NCBI GenBank assembly: GCA_002862985.1
Contig: PKCY01000148.1
Span: 1 to 57,606, forward strand
Length of the DNA: 57,606 bases
Direction of reading: 5' to 3'
From: Haliea sp.
GTDB taxonomy: Bacteria > Pseudomonadota > Gammaproteobacteria > Pseudomonadales > Halieaceae
Shown here: one piece after another, positions 1-8,801 of the stretch
How the letters are laid out: each line of letters begins with the position of its first letter
Position numbering within the stretch: the first letter of the stretch is position 1
The notes under the pieces: generated by a model
Told to the model about the DNA's origin: nothing
The model's input: the letters and a program-made list of their open reading frames with translations, nothing else
Databases searched by the model: none
Program-made: the position numbers and the translations under genes

Positions 1-1
1 A

Positions 2-346
2 AAGAAGGAACAGCTGTCCGAAGTGATTCATTCCTGCGTAATGGATGCACTGGGCATGCCCAAAGATAAGCGCGCTCATCGATTCATTGCCTTGGCGAAG
101 GAAGACTTTCTGATGCCGGGAGGAAGGACGGAGGCTTATACAATCATAGAAATATCGATGATCGAGGGTCGTACTTCAGAGACAAAAAAAAGGCTGATTC
201 GTTTGCTGTTTGACAGAATACAAGAACAGGTTGGCATCACGCACATGGATTTAGAAATATGCATTTACGAAAGCCCTGCATGCAACTGGGGGTTTCGAGG
301 TATGCACGGTGATGAAATTGAGCTTACCTATGAAATCAACGTGTAA
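2..346 (+). CDS. Tautomerase-family protein (5'-truncated by window edge), cassette
   Basis: The frame is open from base 2. Motifs IEISMIEGRTSETKKRL and ESPACNWGFRG. The stop lies within the attC R'' box. Confidence 0.85.
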   Translation, partial: KKEQLSEVIHSCVMDALGMPKDKRAHRFIALAKEDFLMPGGRTEAYTIIEISMIEGRTSETKKRLIRLLFDRIQEQVGITHMDLEICIYESPACNWGFRGMHGDEIELTYEINV

Positions 347-427
347 CAAGAACCGGCAATGCGCCAATGCGGGGCCGGACACCAAACCCGCCGAGCGCTT
401 GCAGCGCCGTTGCGGCAGGCGTTATGT
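341..427 (+). repeat. attC site (intact cores)
   Basis: GTGTAAC (341-347) ... GC-rich palindrome ... GTTATGT (421-427). Confidence 0.9.
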
Positions 428-463
428 CTTACGTTTATTGAAAACGGCAGGATCGAGCAAATA

Positions 464-742
464 ATGCGATTGACTATTTTAGGTACAGTCCTACTTCTCT
501 GTTTTTTCACCGCGCTGTGCATTGGTAAGAAAGGTGAAGTATTAGGAATAATGAGCGGCATAGTTCAGAAGTGTGAAACTCTTGGGAAAAGCAACGCTAA
601 GGCAATTTCTCATGCCACTATCAAGTTAGAGAATGACAGCTATGTAATTTCTAGTTTGAAAGACTGCAACCGCGATATGGCAGTAAATGTTTATGTAAAA
701 CGTGGCGCACTGTATTTTAATACCCTATATGCAACAGAATAG
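464..742 (+). CDS. Hypothetical exported protein, cassette
   Basis: ATG 464 is followed by a hydrophobic N-terminus (MRLTILGTVLLLCFF). The ORF fills the cassette between two attC sites. Confidence 0.6.
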   Translation: MRLTILGTVLLLCFFTALCIGKKGEVLGIMSGIVQKCETLGKSNAKAISHATIKLENDSYVISSLKDCNRDMAVNVYVKRGALYFNTLYATE

Positions 743-801
743 ACATAACACGTTAAGTAAACGGGACGCCGTAACCGGCGGCGCTTCTTGAGGCGTTAAG
801 C
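743..801 (+). repeat. attC site (intact cores)
   Basis: ACATAAC (743-749) ... GTTAAGC (795-801). Confidence 0.88.
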
Positions 802-811
802 ATCACTAAGA

Positions 812-1351
812 ATGGACTATCGAGTGAAATCCAATATCACAATGGAGCTGTTGAAACTCGATCATGCTCAAGACCTGTATCTCCTCACGGATTCCAACAG
901 GGCATATTTGAAAGAGTGGCTTCCGTGGCTGGATCAAATACAGTCTGTGGACGACACAACAAAATTTATTGAATCTACAATTGAGGTGTCTTCTTCTGGC
1001 GGTGCGCCCAATTTTGCAATTCTGAGCGAGGGTGCTATTTGTGGTGTGGCTGGATTTAATGAGATAAATAGGCAACACAGAATAGGATATATTGGTTATT
1101 GGCTAGCTCAAAAATATACTGGTAAGGGTGTAGTTATGCAGGTTGTCAAAGAGCTTCTAAGAATCGGATTTGGTGAGTTTAATCTCAATAAAATAGAAAT
1201 ACGTTGTGCGGAAGGCAACACAAAGAGCCGGAGGATTCCTGAGCGGCTAGGTTTCACTTATGAAGCCACGTTAAGGCAAAGTGAGTGGCTCTATTCGAAA
1301 TATGTAAATCATGCAATTTATTCGATTTTGTCGGCAGAGTACAATGCTTAA
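812..1351 (+). CDS. GNAT acetyltransferase, RimJ/RimL family, cassette
   Basis: Motifs YLKEWLPWLD, IGYWLAQKYTGKG and NTKSRRIPERLGF. Confidence 0.92.
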   Translation: MDYRVKSNITMELLKLDHAQDLYLLTDSNRAYLKEWLPWLDQIQSVDDTTKFIESTIEVSSSGGAPNFAILSEGAICGVAGFNEINRQHRIGYIGYWLAQKYTGKGVVMQVVKELLRIGFGEFNLNKIEIRCAEGNTKSRRIPERLGFTYEATLRQSEWLYSKYVNHAIYSILSAEYNA

Positions 1352-1423
1352 CAAATCGATCAATTTACGCCTTCGGCTGGACTTCCGCACTGCGTGCTCC
1401 AGCCCATTATTGAGTCGGTATGC
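1346..1423 (+). repeat. attC site (R' core GTT>GGT)
   Basis: GCTTAAC (1346-1352) ... GGTATGC (1417-1423). The downstream cassette ends in GCATAAC, implying an original GTTATGC. Confidence 0.8.
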
Positions 1424-1433
1424 AGCCTAAGCA

Positions 1434-1470
1434 TTGACCTACTAAATTTGATATGTATGCTATTTATAAT
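1434..1470 (+). promoter_or_regulatory. Putative sigma70 promoter of TA cassette
   Basis: TTGACC (1434-1439)-N16-TATGCT (1456-1461). TATAAT directly precedes the toxin ATG and no SD is visible. TA cassettes typically carry their own promoter. Confidence 0.5.
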
Positions 1471-1755
1471 ATGTGGTCGATATTTGAACATCGGGGACTG
1501 GATAAGCAATTAGCCAAGGCGCCAATCGAAGTCCAGAAGCGCTGCGAGTAATGGAAGGAGGTCGTAGAGGTTTCCGGTCCTGTTGGACTGAGGCTCGTCC
1601 GCGGCTTTACAGACGCGGCGCTTCGAGGCGACTGGGGAGGCTACCGATCTTCACGTCTTAATCAACAGTATCGGGTGATTTATCAGACTAAAGGAGATCG
1701 CCTGAAAGTTTATGTAGTAGATGTCACTCCTCACGACTATAGGAGGGAATCCTAA
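1471..1755 (+). pseudogene. RelE/HigB-superfamily toxin, inactivated by nonsense codon
   Basis: Manual translation: MWSIFEHRGLDKQLAKAPIEVQKRCE*WKEVVEVSGPVGLRLVRGFTDAALRGDWGGYRSSRLNQQYRVIY...VTPHDYRRES*. In-frame TAA at 1549-1551. The terminal TAA overlaps the antitoxin ATG (TAATG). Confidence 0.88.
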
Positions 1756-2015
1756 TGAGCGAGTTCAGAAAGGCAAAATCCCGCGTCCGGATATCTCCCG
1801 GAGAATCCGTTCGCATTGTGCGTGAACTACAAGAGCTCAGCCAAAATCACCTAGCGGAAGCGGCTGGTATTCCCCAATCTACAATCTCTGCCATCGAACG
1901 AGAGCGAATAAATCTTGGGGCGGAGCGTGCCAAGGTTCTGGCCAGAGCGCTGAAGTGCCACCAAGCAGTGCTCGTATTTCCTGGTTGGGATGCAAGTGCT
2001 GAATCCGCAGCATAA
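1755..2015 (+). CDS. XRE-family HTH antitoxin (HigA-like)
   Basis: HTH motif RELQELSQNHLAEAAGIPQSTISAIE. Translationally coupled downstream of the toxin. Confidence 0.88.
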   Translation: MSEFRKAKSRVRISPGESVRIVRELQELSQNHLAEAAGIPQSTISAIERERINLGAERAKVLARALKCHQAVLVFPGWDASAESAA

Positions 2016-2053
2016 CGAGTCAAGGCTGTTGGCCACAGATTGAAGCATTAGGA
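2010..2053 (+). repeat. Shortened attC (R' GTT>ATT)
   Basis: GCATAAC (2010-2016) ... ATTAGGA (2047-2053). Confidence 0.7.
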
Positions 2054-2059
2054 GGCACT

Positions 2060-2485
2060 ATCGAATCCAGTGCGCTATATTCTCTTGCTGCTGATGCAAT
2101 ACTGGTCACACACGCTTTGTTCGTTGCCTTTGTCGTGGTCGGATTAATACTTGTTTACGCGGGTTTCTTCCTATCCTGGCAGTGGGTGAAAAATCCGTGG
2201 TTCCGTATAGTGCATTTATCCGGAATTGGCGTTGTTGTTTTGCAATCTTGGTTCGGTGTCATTTGTCCGCTTACGACCTGGGAAATGAAACTGCGAACGC
2301 AGGCAGGAAAAAGCGTCTACGATGGATCTTTCGTGACACATTGGTTGAGCCAGCTACTCTATTATCAAGCACCGTCATGGGTCTTTGTCGCCTGCTACAC
2401 TGTGTTTGGTGGACTGGTGTTGGCTAGCTGGTTTGTGGTTCGGCCAAAACCGTTGTCCATAGGGGGCCAGAGTGGTGCCTCCTAA
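2060..2485 (+). CDS. DUF2784-family membrane protein, cassette; original start probably mutated ATG>ATC
   Basis: Motifs WFRIVHL and CPLTTWEMKLR. The frame extends to ATC 2060, just after SD GGAGG (2051-2055), giving (M)ESSALYSLAADAILVTHALFVAF. Confidence 0.8.
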   Translation: MESSALYSLAADAILVTHALFVAFVVVGLILVYAGFFLSWQWVKNPWFRIVHLSGIGVVVLQSWFGVICPLTTWEMKLRTQAGKSVYDGSFVTHWLSQLLYYQAPSWVFVACYTVFGGLVLASWFVVRPKPLSIGGQSGAS

Positions 2486-2551
2486 CAAGTCAAGGCACAC
2501 GGACGCAAAAATCGCTGCGCGGTTTCCACGCCTGTGCTTGAATCGGTATGG
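2480..2551 (+). repeat. attC site (R' GTT>GGT)
   Basis: TCCTAAC (2480-2486) ... GGTATGG (2545-2551). Confidence 0.82.
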
Positions 2552-2609
2552 TGCAGGCGAGAGCCTGCTTTCGACTCGAAGCAGACATTGCAAAAGAAGA
2601 CCTGAATGA

Positions 2610-3125
2610 ATGGACAAGCCAGAAGTTAAGCTCCCCACATTGGAAGAATTGGAAGCGACGATCCACGATCTCCGTGACGGGGGTACTATTACACCGGCTC
2701 ACGCCAAGCATCTTGAACAACATGTGGTCGAGCAAATGGATCAGTCAAAATATGTTCTCAAGAATCTGGCGGGGCATTTGACCATTGGTGTTGTATTTGC
2801 ATTTGACGTAGTCCCACTGCCGTTTGGAACGATAGCGCGAGTGACTTGGGTTGCTGTGGCTAGAATACTGGAAACGCTCAGAGGGAACGTGGAGCGGGCG
2901 CGTGTGCACTCTCTAGGAGTATTCTTGATTGCGGTGATTCCGTGGTTCGGTTACGCCGCTTACTTATTACCTTTGCGCGAGCATAGCCGCGAATTGGCAT
3001 TCGTTTTGGCCAATCACTCATGGATGGATCGCACAGGGGATACCTACGAAAGTTTTATATTGTCAAAACCTAAGCCAATTGCAAAGTTCGCTCGCTGGCT
3101 GGTCCCGCTGCCATGGTCGAATTGA
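2610..3125 (+). CDS. Hypothetical membrane protein, cassette
   Basis: A 171-aa ORF filling the cassette, with hydrophobic segments. Confidence 0.7.
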   Translation: MDKPEVKLPTLEELEATIHDLRDGGTITPAHAKHLEQHVVEQMDQSKYVLKNLAGHLTIGVVFAFDVVPLPFGTIARVTWVAVARILETLRGNVERARVHSLGVFLIAVIPWFGYAAYLLPLREHSRELAFVLANHSWMDRTGDTYESFILSKPKPIAKFARWLVPLPWSN

Positions 3126-3170
3126 GTGTCCGCTCCAGCGCAAAGCGGACCAAAGGATCAGAGTAATGCA

Positions 3171-3245
3171 CCATAACAAGTTAAGTCAGCAAGGGCGCTC
3201 GGCGCCGTGACTGCTTAACAGCGGCCCCTGCTTGAAGCGTTAGAT
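3171..3245 (+). repeat. attC site (intact cores)
   Basis: CCATAAC (3171-3177) ... GCTTAACAGCGGCCCCTGCTTGAAGC GTTAGAT (3239-3245). Confidence 0.9.
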
Positions 3246-3306
3246 GTTATCGACGTCGATCCGGGACGCGATATTGTATTGTTGATCTCAAGAATGGAAC
3301 CGAATT

Positions 3307-3732
3307 ATGACTAGAGTAATTTTGTGTGTTGCTGCGTTAGTGGTGCTGATGCCTAAATCGCTACTAGCACAGAACGCTCGTACCGAACGCATAGACTTCA
3401 CCCCAGAAGCCACGAGCACATCAGTCTCGAGCGCGATCAATGGGTATGAGACCGTAAACTATGCCTTGAAGGCCACGACCGGCCAGTCTGTGTCTATTGT
3501 CCTTCAATCAGACAATTTGGGAAACCACTTCAACATTTTCGCACCCGGCAAGCTTCCCGGTGAAGACTCTGCAATGTTTATCGGCTCGACTGAGGGCAAT
3601 CGGTTTGAAGGAACATTGCTTACTGAAGGCGAATACATGGTTCAAGTTTACATCATTCGCAGCGCCGCAAGGCGAGGTGAGACTGCCCGCTACACGTTGG
3701 AACTATCAACTGTAAGTGATGACAAGAGATGA
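3307..3732 (+). CDS. Secreted PliG-like / PPC-domain protein, cassette
   Basis: Signal peptide, then ERIDF...GYETVNYALKATTGQ...GEYMVQVYIIRSAARR, which resembles the g-type lysozyme inhibitor fold family. Confidence 0.7.
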   Translation: MTRVILCVAALVVLMPKSLLAQNARTERIDFTPEATSTSVSSAINGYETVNYALKATTGQSVSIVLQSDNLGNHFNIFAPGKLPGEDSAMFIGSTEGNRFEGTLLTEGEYMVQVYIIRSAARRGETARYTLELSTVSDDKR

Positions 3733-3733
3733 C

Positions 3734-3808
3734 TCCTAACAAGTCAAGGCAGCAGGAGCACCTCGCGCCGGGACCGCTTAACGGCGGCCCCTGCTTGAAG
3801 TGTTATAA
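3734..3808 (+). repeat. attC site (intact cores)
   Basis: TCCTAAC (3734-3740) ... GCTTAACGGCGGCCCCTGCTTGAAGT GTTATAA (3802-3808). The 3' half is near-identical to attC 3171-3245. Confidence 0.9.
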
Positions 3809-4072
3809 GGTGTCATGAGGTGTCCTGAGTGTAATTCTCCGTATAAGTATGGTGGCTTGAAAAAGAGCCTCACTTGCCCAGGCTACTAGCTTCGTACCGT
3901 CCATTGTTATGTGTATCGTTCTCTATTGGGTGCTATCCCTTTGGGCCAAATTCCTATTGGCTGATCTTGGCTATAATAAAATGTCGTTTATCTGTGACAT
4001 TGGACTATTCTTCTTCGTATCTTTTGTCGTTTTATCTAGGGTAAGCCGGTATGCGGTCCGTGAGTAGAGGCG

Positions 4073-4134
4073 ATTTGACAAGGCCGGGCACACCGCACAC
4101 TGCGTTCCGCTCGCCTGTGCCGGCAGCGTTATAG
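4073..4134 (+). repeat. attC site (R'' TAAC>TGAC)
   Basis: ATTTGAC (4073-4079) ... GCCGGGCACA/TGTGCCGGC stem ... GTTATAG (4128-4134). Confidence 0.7.
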
Positions 4135-4253
4135 GGCAATATATGCAATTTTGCGCATCAAAAATTTCACGAATATAGAATTTGTCTGAGCTTGCTGGCA
4201 TGTTGTAAAGTCATGACGATATTATTCATACAAGTATTAGAGAGGTTATAGAC

Positions 4254-4430
4254 ATGGAAGGAATTATTGGACCCCTTATCTTGATAGCGGACATATACGC
4301 GATCGTGAAAATAGTGCAAAGCTCTGCAGATACTGTAAAGAAAGTTATTTGGGTCTTATTAGTGCTCATATTGCCGGTTATTGGCCTAATCGCTTGGTAT
4401 TTTGCTGGACCTGGCGGGCAGAACGGCTAA
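4254..4430 (+). CDS. PLDc N-terminal-domain small membrane protein (58 aa; absent from ORF track), cassette
   Basis: MEGIIGPLILIADIYAIVKIVQSSADTVKKVIWVLLVLILPVIGLIAWYFAGPGGQNG*, with SD GAGG upstream. Confidence 0.85.
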   Translation: MEGIIGPLILIADIYAIVKIVQSSADTVKKVIWVLLVLILPVIGLIAWYFAGPGGQNG

Positions 4431-4498
4431 AAGCCTGTAGTAGCATTGGGAAAATGGTTTTTGCGACGCCTTTGTCTCGTGAGTGATCCGATGTTGCC

Positions 4499-4576
4499 CC
4501 ATAACAATTGTGGGCAGTACGCTCCTTCCGGTCGCTGGTCGCGCATACCCTGCGTCCGCTGCCACAGGCATTACGT
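4499..4576 (+). repeat. attC site (R' GTT>ATT)
   Basis: CCATAAC (4499-4505) ... ATTACGT (4570-4576). Confidence 0.75.
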
Positions 4577-4597
4577 GCCTGATCAAGCGGGGCTCTA

Positions 4598-4891
4598 ATG
4601 GAGGCAGAATTTGAATTTGGATCCTTTTCTAGAGGCATCTACGTTGCCCTAATATTTATAACTGCGCCCATACTTTTTATTAGCTCAAAGTGTTTATTCC
4701 TGTACATACTGTTTCTCGCCGTCCTTGGGTTTGTGGTACGTATATTTTTGGTGAAAAAAGGGCTATACAATCTGTGGAACAATGTAGGGGCTGTCCTTCA
4801 TACAGTATGGGATCGGAACAATTTAGAGAAGCCAGTTTCGAAAGTTGATCGAGAGGTCGAACTAGAGAAGTATCGGAAATCGAATTGGTGA
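4598..4891 (+). CDS. Hypothetical membrane protein, cassette
   Basis: Two hydrophobic helices and a charged tail. Lies between attC sites. Confidence 0.6.
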   Translation: MEAEFEFGSFSRGIYVALIFITAPILFISSKCLFLYILFLAVLGFVVRIFLVKKGLYNLWNNVGAVLHTVWDRNNLEKPVSKVDREVELEKYRKSNW

Positions 4892-4925
4892 GATCCGAGG
4901 CTTCCCCAAAAGCGGTGAAAGAAAC

Positions 4926-4982
4926 ACATAACAAGTACGGGCAATAGGCACAGCCGATAAGCGTCTGCAGCAGGTGCTAGGT
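4926..4982 (+). repeat. Degenerate attC (R' GTT>GCT)
   Basis: ACATAAC (4926-4932) ... GCTAGGT (4976-4982). The next cassette ends ACCTAAC. Confidence 0.7.
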
Positions 4983-5014
4983 AACACTCACATTTTTACA
5001 AATGGATACTGAGT

Positions 5015-5269
5015 ATGAGTAACGAAAAGATCAAAAATTTACTAAGCAAATTACACGAAGAGATCGGAAGCACGGCGGTCGATGACGAAACACGTTCTTT
5101 GCTTGAATTGTTGGAATCAGATATTGATCATATATATGAATCAACGACTGATCCAAAGTCGGCACTAGAAAGGGCGCAGCACCTGGAAACCTCATTCGCG
5201 GCAACACATCCCTCAGCAGAGCGCTTTATCCGAGAGATCATGGACATTCTTAGTAAGATGGGCCTGTAA
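5015..5269 (+). CDS. DUF4404-family protein, cassette
   Basis: C-terminal FAATHPSAERFIREIMDILSKMGL is typical of DUF4404. Confidence 0.8.
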   Translation: MSNEKIKNLLSKLHEEIGSTAVDDETRSLLELLESDIDHIYESTTDPKSALERAQHLETSFAATHPSAERFIREIMDILSKMGL

Positions 5270-5275
5270 TGTGCC

Positions 5276-5353
5276 ACCTAACCAGTGGGGCCAAGTTACT
5301 CCTTACGATCGCGGGGCGTGACATTTTCCACGCGTCTGTCCAATGCCTTATAG
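5276..5353 (+). repeat. Degenerate attC (R' GTT>CTT)
   Basis: ACCTAAC (5276-5282) ... CTTATAG (5347-5353). Confidence 0.6.
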
Positions 5354-5898
5354 TGCACGCGAGTGTCGGCCTTCGAATCAAAGCGGACTAAGGCGTCATA
5401 ATGATGTGACATGGCTTACATCAGCTTCTGACATGTCACATTGCAAGAGCGTTGTAGTTGGATTTTGTTTGTAAATTTTTTTTTGGGACTCGTACATTTA
5501 CGCCTCAGAGATGAGGCCCGTCGCTTCATGCACAGTAAGGTCTTGCTTTTCATATTTTATGGTTTTGATTCCCATCAAACCGAAGACTCCTATGGCAGCT
5601 AGTGCCCAGGCTAATGACGGCAATGCCGTGTTGTGCGTCGTCAGAACATATAACACCAATGGACCGTTATCCAATAGACACTTTCCTGCCGGTTGCTTCT
5701 CCAGCCTAGCCTGCTAATTGCGGGTTGTGCATCTTCCTTCGGACCATCGTCCTGCCTTTTACCACTGCACTTTGATCCCGGATGTCATTTCGTCTGCCTT
5801 CATAAAGATTTGCTCGTGTCACGCTGTCTATCGACTCGTGACACCTCTCATCGATTTGCTATTATAGACAGTAAGTCTTATCGATTGAGAATCGAGTT

Positions 5899-6432
5899 AT
5901 GCCCAAACTATCTTTTTGGTTCGTCACTAACAAAAACCAGCGCCGCTACGGTGCCGCGGTATTGGCCGGTATTTGCGGTGGTAGCGTCGCCAGTTTCGTA
6001 AAATGGGGTACTGAGCTAACTTTTCCTCCCCGCGTGGCCGGTCGCGCTATACCACCGGCAGAAATGCTCAGTGATTGGGGATTTGCCGTGCAGAATATGA
6101 CGTACTCATTCTCTGAGCACGTTTTGAACTGGGGCATATCCGGTGTTCATTACGCGTTTTCAATCGCTTTCGCGGTCTTTTACTGTGTTGTGGCCGAGGT
6201 CTTTCCGGCGATAAAAATCTGGCAGGGGATAGCATTTGGCTTGCTGATTACGCTGGTTTTTCACGGTGCGCTGCTGCCGACTTTCGATTGGGCTCCACCG
6301 ATCTGGTTGTTGCCGGTTGATGAGTTATTATCTGAAACGTTTGGGCACGTCATATGGATTTGGACGATTGAGGTGTTTCGTCGAGATCTACGAAACCGCT
6401 GGACGAAAGTGCCGGATGCGGAGATCACTTGA
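5899..6432 (+). CDS. yagU: YagU/DUF1440-family inner-membrane protein
   Basis: Motifs SFVKWGTELTFPPR, HYAFSIAFA and SETFGHVIWIWTIEVFRRDLRNRWT. Confidence 0.85.
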   Translation: MPKLSFWFVTNKNQRRYGAAVLAGICGGSVASFVKWGTELTFPPRVAGRAIPPAEMLSDWGFAVQNMTYSFSEHVLNWGISGVHYAFSIAFAVFYCVVAEVFPAIKIWQGIAFGLLITLVFHGALLPTFDWAPPIWLLPVDELLSETFGHVIWIWTIEVFRRDLRNRWTKVPDAEIT

Positions 6433-6495
6433 GTGTTAGCAACTTGAGTTAGACTACGATTCTGGTTTTTTTAGTTATCAAATAAGGCCTGTACC

Positions 6496-7008
6496 CTATA
6501 ACTGCTCCAGTAAAACCGGTACCGAGTCCGCCCTCTGGTACAGCGGATGAGCGGGCTCACCGCTGCCATTCAGTTTAAGACAGTACAGCGAGGGCATCAT
6601 GCCTCGCACAGTGTGTGAGCGATTCAGGTAGTCACCGTCGTTGCCCCATGCGGCAACCACCAGATCTGACTCGCCTGCAAGCTTGCGCAGCCAATAGTCG
6701 TTGCGGCGACCAACCGGCTCGGCCGCGACTTTAATACTTTCGGGTTGGGTCGCGCGAAACGCAAACAAGTTGGCCATGCAGACACCGCCATAGCCCCAGT
6801 AGCGGGCAAAGTTCATGCAACGCACCAGTGTTGGGTCGTCGGTTGTCTCATCTGCGGTAGAAGGATTGAGGCAGATAAACATGACCCTGCCGGCATTTGC
6901 GTCCCAGGTACGCCACAACGCAAAACGATAGCGCCTGCATGGTGACAGTCTGGCCGTATTGCCGCGCCGAGGGCCTAAGCCGCAGCCACTAGTAAGGTCA
7001 CTCCGCAT
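6496..7008 (-). CDS. DUF1643-family protein
   Basis: Motifs YRFALWRTW, FICLNPSTADETTDDPT, NLFAFRAT, VVAAWG and PAHPLY. Confidence 0.9.
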   Translation of the reverse strand: MRSDLTSGCGLGPRRGNTARLSPCRRYRFALWRTWDANAGRVMFICLNPSTADETTDDPTLVRCMNFARYWGYGGVCMANLFAFRATQPESIKVAAEPVGRRNDYWLRKLAGESDLVVAAWGNDGDYLNRSHTVRGMMPSLYCLKLNGSGEPAHPLYQRADSVPVLLEQL

Positions 7009-7054
7009 AGTCTTCCTCGAGGTCGTGCTCTTGTCGCAGGGGAGATAGCCCATA

Positions 7055-7351
7055 ATGACATTTTTTCCCGCCAAGCTCTCTTATAGGTGTTCTGGGTATT
7101 GTTTAGGTTTCTGTCACGATACATTCTATGCAAATGGCACGGTTGCCTGGCTAGCGGAAATCATGGTGTCTTCATCACATCGCAGGCAAAGTATAGGCGA
7201 ATCTTTGATGGCATCACTTGAAGAGTGGGAAAAATTGAAAGGAGCAGTGCTTTCTGCATTGGCTACTCGTCGCGCAGCGAACTTTTATCTTGCTATAGAG
7301 TACCAAGAATCAGCCACCTACTTCAGGAAGATTTTATCACAACCGATCTAA
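7055..7351 (+). pseudogene. 5'-truncated GNAT acetyltransferase cassette
   Basis: HDTFYANGTVAWLAEIMV...ALATRRAANFY...SATYFRK. The N-terminal half is missing. An attC remnant follows (ATCTAAT 7346 ... GTTACAG 7397-7403). Confidence 0.7.
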
Positions 7352-7409
7352 TACCAAGTCAAACAAGCGGGCGGTTTCACCCCCGCTTCTCTCGGCGTTA
7401 CAGCTGGGA

Positions 7410-7538
7410 ATGAGCAAACTACCGGTTGGAATCCAGTTTGCCTTGGCGTATGGACAAGAAAGAATGCTACTTGAGTTTGCAGTTGAATCGGAAGAGGCTC
7501 AACCAAGAGTTTGTCCGCTGGCACTAAATGCGGTATAA
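7410..7538 (+). pseudogene. C-terminal remnant of amidase-signature enzyme
   Basis: KLPVGIQFALAYGQERMLLEFAVESEEAQP resembles the amidase C-terminal motif GLPVGIQ...E..LL..A..LE. Confidence 0.55.
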
Positions 7539-7674
7539 ACTCTTCTACTCTGGTGGACAACCTATATAAAAAATCTATCAACGTGACCGCGGTAGGCTGC
7601 GCCTCAAACGGAAAAATATGGCGACGTTATCTTGCGCACGACCGTGATCACACTAACTTAAGCCGAGGTACGCT

Positions 7675-8397
7675 ATGACTGACTTCACAGATCTTAATGC
7701 ACTATTCATCAATACGTCGCTACAGAGGAAAGCGGATGAGAGTCATACGAGGTTGCTTCTCAACGCTTCCGCCGAAATAATGAAGAAGAACGGTGTTGCA
7801 GTGGAACACGTGCATTTGGCAGCGCACGATGTTCCGCCGGGTGTCTATCCCGATATGACAGAGCATGGGTGGCCGGTGGATGAGTGGGCCGCGATTTGGG
7901 AGAAAGTAATAGCGGCCGAGATACTCATCGTAGGAACGCCGCTTTGGCTCGGCGAGGAAAGCTCGATATGCCGCATATTGATCGAGCGGCTCTATGCAAT
8001 GTCCGGACAGCTCAATGACAAGGGTCAGTCGATTTATTATGGCAAAGTCGGAGGCTGTGTCATCACGGGTAACGAAGATGGCATCAAGCACACAGCGATG
8101 AGTATTGGATTTGCACTCAGCCACCTGGGCTACACGACTCCACCCCAAGCCGATTGTGGATGGATTGGCGAGGCGGGACCGGGCCCCTCGTATGGTGACG
8201 AGATTGAGGGTGGCGGTCGTGTCGGGTTTGACAACGACTTCACGCAACGGAACGCGACGATCATGACTTGGAATTGTATGCATCTCGCACGGATGCTGAA
8301 GGAGGCTGGTGGTATCCCGAACGAGGGAAATGACCGCGAGGCATGGAAAGCCGGGGAGCGATTCGGCTTCGAAAATTCGGGCGGAAATGTGGGATAG
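7675..8397 (+). CDS. Flavodoxin-fold NAD(P)H-dependent FMN reductase family protein
   Basis: Motifs INTSL, VGTPLWLGEESS, TGNEDGIKH and WIGEAGPGPSY. Confidence 0.9.
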   Translation: MTDFTDLNALFINTSLQRKADESHTRLLLNASAEIMKKNGVAVEHVHLAAHDVPPGVYPDMTEHGWPVDEWAAIWEKVIAAEILIVGTPLWLGEESSICRILIERLYAMSGQLNDKGQSIYYGKVGGCVITGNEDGIKHTAMSIGFALSHLGYTTPPQADCGWIGEAGPGPSYGDEIEGGGRVGFDNDFTQRNATIMTWNCMHLARMLKEAGGIPNEGNDREAWKAGERFGFENSGGNVG

Positions 8398-8399
8398 CA

Positions 8400-8720
8400 A
8401 TGCGTTGCAGGTGACGTTCAGCCTGCTACGCGTGCTGACCATAACAGTTACTGGTTTGTTAGTTGTGGTTTCGGTCCTTATGGGGCCGATATCGTTCATT
8501 TTTTGCTGGCGCAATTGACACCAGGTTTGCTGCTGCAGACTCAACAGTAACGAACTTAGAGGCTATGCTGCTTTTGATTTTTGGCGTGCTTCTGGTCTTT
8601 GCTTGGATAAAGTCAGCAGTGCGATGTTCCGGGTCTCCGGTTCCGTATCTGCCCGTTACAGGTTGGGCGTTAATGTGGGCATATTTTTGTGTAGCGCTAG
8701 TTTTTACACATACAACATAA
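8400..8720 (+). pseudogene. Frameshifted membrane-protein cassette
   Basis: Two overlapping hydrophobic + ORFs (…8518 and …8720) join across a T-run near 8500. The stop lies in attC R'' ACATAAC (8715-8721), with R' CTTATAG at 8780-8786. Confidence 0.45.
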
Positions 8721-8801
8721 CAAGTACAGGCCGCACGGACTTACGTGCCGCGCGATAAGGCTGCGTGCGTCTCAAAATACTTATAGCCGAAGGAGACAGA
8801 G

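Noticed and set aside
3815-4070. Intact gene in the cassette starting MRCPECNS
   Set aside because: There is an early stop and no continuous frame. It is a decayed cassette of unassignable family.
7720-8544. Long antisense ORF (274 aa) and many similar shadow ORFs in the core region
   Set aside because: They overlap well-supported genes on the opposite strand or in another frame, and have no motifs.
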